Source: a virus. Taken from it: a stretch of 64,000 bases of DNA. Where the stretch lies: IMG/VR virus record IMGVR_UViG_3300027566_000006, positions 34,340-98,339 of that record; one strand, given 5' to 3'. Numbering within the stretch: position 1 is the first letter of the stretch; the number at the start of each line of letters is the position of its first letter. The position numbers were made by a program, and so were the translations under genes. The notes under the pieces were generated by a model. That model did no database searches. It saw only the letters and a program-made list of their open reading frames with translations, and had not been told where the DNA came from. Shown in pieces: positions 60,939-64,000 of this stretch.

Positions 60939-61223
60939 AAAATCACCTCATGATTGCAGAATAAACATTGGAGAGTTTGATCCTGAATCACAACGAGTAT
61001 TTAACCACGCTGTTTAATTATAGAATATTTGGAAGATGTTTACCAGAGTTTTGATTATAATCTATTTTCTATCCCCTATTTATTAATATAATATTTATCC
61101 TATTTAATTTTATTTATTTTTATAGTATAATAATCCACACTTTTACATAACCTTTAACTAATTAAACTATAAACTGTACAATTTACTTATAAAATTGTAC
61201 TATTAATTAGGAGGTGTAAATAA

Positions 61224-61958
61224 ATGGATAGAATAGATAAATTGGATAGAATAGATGATTTATATGGGATTGGTAAAAGGGATAGGATAAGTGGAGTAGA
61301 TCGTAAGGATAGAAGATTTAATAGGTATGCAAGGTATGTGTTTGTTGCTTTTGTATTGAGTGGTTTATTTGGTTTGATGAGTTTGGTTAGTGGATGTAAG
61401 GATGAGGTTATAAGTAGTAATAGTGAGCAATCAAGCGAGCAAGTTATAGAGCAAAGTAATCAGACTAATAAACAAACAGAACAAAATACAACCTTAAGTT
61501 TCCCAGTTAAGATTTTTGATACCCCTGCCCTATCTTTTAATTATCCTGCAAGTTGGGAAGAAGATAGAGAAATGTTTGATCAATATACAATCACTTCACT
61601 AGCTAACTTAAAAGAAATACAAGGGAAAGAATTTACAGATAAAAGAATTGATTTAACAGTAAGTAAATTAAATATTCCTAATGTAAATACCATTGAGGGT
61701 TTTAAGAAATATTTTTATCAATATAAACTATCTAAAATTGATTATAAAATGATAGATGATGGTAGTTTTATAAATGGGAATATCTCTATTATTGAATATA
61801 CTGATTATAGTTAAAGTCCGTTTTTAAGGAATAAGTTTTATATTTGGACTAATGGTAATTGTAAATTTTATGTAATAAGTATTTGTTGTGATGAATCAAA
61901 CGCTGGTAATATCAAAGAGATTATTAATGTTTTTGAAAAAACATTAAAGTTTAAATAA
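61224..61958 (+). pseudogene. lipoprotein (PsbP-like) with in-frame TAA
   Basis: lipobox VSGC, FNYPASW; after TAA at 61812-61814 the frame stays open for 47 codons to EKTLKFK*. Confidence 0.6.
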
Positions 61959-62044
61959 GATTTATTATCACTATTTAGATATAATTTAAGAGTGGTTTTT
62001 AACTACTTTTAAATTATATATTAAAACAATAATATAAATATTAT

Positions 62045-62074
62045 TTGACATTGGTGCATATACTATGATAAGAT
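62045..62074 (+). promoter_or_regulatory. sigmaA promoter
   Basis: TTGACA-18-TAAGAT with TG. Confidence 0.6.
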
Positions 62075-62140
62075 AACAATACAAACACAATCTCTTAATA
62101 CATATGGTATTAAAACATATGATATAATTGTGGTATAGGA

Positions 62141-62377
62141 GTGTGGATGAAATTGCAGATTAAAATAATTAATAAGATAGAAGAAAGAATAACTGAATAT
62201 CAAAATAAAACAGGAGCAACTAAAACTTGGATTGCCAAACAATTAGGTATCAGTAAATCAAGACTTTATCAAATTATGCAAACAGATAATATGATGATTG
62301 ATGTTGCATTAAAATTTGCCATATTTTTTGATTGTAAAGTTGATGATTTATTTGATTATATTATTATAGACGAATAG
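62141..62377 (+). CDS. XRE/Cro-type HTH regulator
   Basis: TWIAKQLGISKSRLYQI...FDCKVDDLF. Confidence 0.85.
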   Translation: MWMKLQIKIINKIEERITEYQNKTGATKTWIAKQLGISKSRLYQIMQTDNMMIDVALKFAIFFDCKVDDLFDYIIIDE

Positions 62378-62410
62378 TAAAATTTTTATTAAATAATCGT
62401 AAAAAAATTA

Positions 62411-62439
62411 TTGACATTTTGTATGCTTACCTCTATACT
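62411..62439 (+). promoter_or_regulatory. sigmaA promoter
   Basis: TTGACA-17-TATACT. Confidence 0.75.
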
Positions 62440-62482
62440 GATAATCGTAGGGTAGTTCATAACTATCTTAACTATTATTTAT

Positions 62483-63019
62483 ATGGAGGCTTTTATAATG
62501 GAAAATCAAAGGAATTATCAACTACTAGATCAATTTGCAGAGAGGAAATGTGAGGTTTGTTTTCATTCTTTATTAGAAAGTATTGTATCAGCAACTTATG
62601 TCTATCAAAATTTTACCTATTATATTGATTCAGATAATCAAATTTATTTTCAAGATCAAACAGAAGAAGAATCTAATACTTATTTTGAACTAGATAAGGT
62701 AATTGAAATTACAAATTTATGGAATGATGATGTTTATCATGATGTTATAACTTTTAAAACCAATGAATTTGTAATTGATATTTGTTTGTTAGAAAAAGAA
62801 CCTAAGTACCCTATTTGTCAAAAATGCGGTAAAGACATACTAATACCCGAAGCAGTTAATTGGCATGTTTGTGGTTATGATTGTTATGAAAATCCATATG
62901 ATGGATATAGTGATGTGGTTAACGGATTATCTTTCTGTAGTGATTGTATTGCAGAATTCGTAGGTGAAATTGAAGTTCCTGAAGAACCTGATTGTTTCGG
63001 TGGTGAATACCATGAATGA
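62483..63019 (+). CDS. hypothetical Zn-finger protein
   Basis: CQKC...CSDC; likely start at 62498 behind GGAGG. Confidence 0.6.
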   Translation: MEAFIMENQRNYQLLDQFAERKCEVCFHSLLESIVSATYVYQNFTYYIDSDNQIYFQDQTEEESNTYFELDKVIEITNLWNDDVYHDVITFKTNEFVIDICLLEKEPKYPICQKCGKDILIPEAVNWHVCGYDCYENPYDGYSDVVNGLSFCSDCIAEFVGEIEVPEEPDCFGGEYHE

Positions 63020-63728
63020 TTTGGTGCTATATAAATCAGAACAATTTCAAGGTATTGAGTGTGATTTTTGGAAGAATCAGAATGATGAAGTTTTAATGAC
63101 AGGTCAACAATTAGGTACAATTTTAGGATATTCCGATCCAGGTAAATCTATAAGAAAACTTGCTGAAAGAAATGAATATCTTAAAAATAGTGAATTTTCA
63201 GGTAGCGTCAGAATGACTTCCCCTTCTGGAATGCAAGAAACAAGGGTTTTTACTGAAGATGGCATATATGAAGTAACAATGTTAGCAAGAACTGAAACAG
63301 CTAAGGAGTTTCGCTCTTGGGTAAGGCAAATATTAAAAGGTTTAAGAAGAAATGAATTGGAAATACTTCAAAAACAACTTGAACAAAATAAACCCAAATT
63401 AGAATTATATGAGCAAGTAATCAATTTAAAAACCAATATGACTATGCTCCAAGTTGCCAAAGTATTAAAGCTTAAAGGTCGTAATAAGTTATTCAAATTT
63501 CTTAGAGATGAAGATATATTAATGTCGAAAAGCGAACGTCATAATTTACCTAAACAACAATTTTGTGACGCAGGATATTTTTCCGTAGTGGTGAAACCTA
63601 TGCTGATTAAAGGTGAAGTTGTAGATATTCCAGTTACACTTGTGAGTGCCAGAGGGGTAGACTATATATTAAAACGATGGAAAAAGAAAGTTGGCTTTGC
63701 CCAACAACAAAACCAACTAACAAATTAA
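63012..63728 (+). CDS. BRO-like + KilA-C antirepressor
   Basis: FTEDGIYEV, AKEFR.W, GRNKLFKFLR, VSARG; start revised to ATG 63012. Confidence 0.82.
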   Translation: MNDLVLYKSEQFQGIECDFWKNQNDEVLMTGQQLGTILGYSDPGKSIRKLAERNEYLKNSEFSGSVRMTSPSGMQETRVFTEDGIYEVTMLARTETAKEFRSWVRQILKGLRRNELEILQKQLEQNKPKLELYEQVINLKTNMTMLQVAKVLKLKGRNKLFKFLRDEDILMSKSERHNLPKQQFCDAGYFSVVVKPMLIKGEVVDIPVTLVSARGVDYILKRWKKKVGFAQQQNQLTN

Positions 63729-63753
63729 AAAGCATTAATAGTATAACAGGAAT

Positions 63754-63793
63754 AGAGGGGTTTGTAAACTTAATTAATTTCAATCCCCTCTTT
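63754..63793 (+). terminator. intrinsic terminator
   Basis: AGAGGGG...CCCCTCTTT. Confidence 0.6.
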
Positions 63794-63807
63794 ACTCAAG
63801 TTTTTTC

Positions 63808-63837
63808 TTGACATTTAATTACAGTTAGTGGCATACT
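63808..63837 (+). promoter_or_regulatory. sigmaA promoter of repeat RNA
   Basis: TTGACA-18-CATACT with TG extension. Confidence 0.7.
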
Positions 63838-63854
63838 ATATCTAAGGTAATACT

Positions 63855-64000
63855 AAAAGCGGTTTACTCATCCAACCAAAATGAGAACTTTAAAAGCGGT
63901 TTGTCTATCCAGTTAAAATAGGCACTTTAAAAGCGGTTTACTCATCCAACCAAAATGAGAACTTTAAAAGCGGTTTGTCTATCCAGTTAAAATAGGCACT
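63855..64000 (+). ncRNA. 37-nt tandem repeat RNA, type III TA antitoxin-like (truncated by window edge)
   Basis: units start at 63855, 63892, 63929 and 63966, alternating A/B, with a covarying stem. Confidence 0.65.

Noticed and set aside
60726-60953. 75-aa + strand ORF
   Set aside because: No RBS; antisense to a better-supported peptide ORF.
60968-60990. 16S rRNA gene
   Set aside because: Similarity is limited to about 20 nt; the flanks are not rRNA.
25591-63120. Short minus-strand ORFs within + strand genes (e.g. 25591, 43174, 48195, 57779)
   Set aside because: Antisense shadows.
63855-64000. CRISPR array
   Set aside because: The 'spacers' are ~21 nt, repeat in ABAB order and are related to each other; no cas genes in the window.

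Overview
The window is a segment of a large, low-GC temperate phage or phage-plasmid of a Firmicute (probably clostridial), organised like SPbeta. Left arm (1-20.5 kb, minus strand): a triple ParB-fold operon behind a broken HTH gene, a C5 DNA methyltransferase, and a dense 'early/host-takeover' array of tiny ORFs driven by many near-consensus sigmaA promoters. Middle (21-27.7 kb, plus strand): a ParM/ParR-like pair, small membrane peptides, a VirB2/VirB3/VirB4-like minimal module and a tyrosine recombinase. From 27.8 kb: homing endonucleases, a Rep-like HTH protein, a YonO-type single-subunit RNA polymerase with an overlapping Zn-finger partner, PIN-PhoH, tRNA-Thr(UGU), a phosphoesterase, a solo TnpB, then terminase/portal/head/tail genes, RecU, antirepressors and a second tyrosine recombinase. 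The most interesting non-genic signals are: (1) a recurrent 16-bp palindrome (YMAAA-N6-TTTKR) at gene junctions of the early array, suggesting an integron-like cassette system or an operator array; (2) 34 strand-biased TAACAG motifs, long intergenic hairpins with a conserved 2x2 internal loop, and a structured ~320-nt leader RNA heading the same array; (3) an unannotated type I toxin mRNA with 5'-3' fold-back; (4) an alternating 37-nt covarying repeat array at the window edge, resembling a type III TA antitoxin RNA. Motif counts and coordinates were read by eye; no database searches were run.
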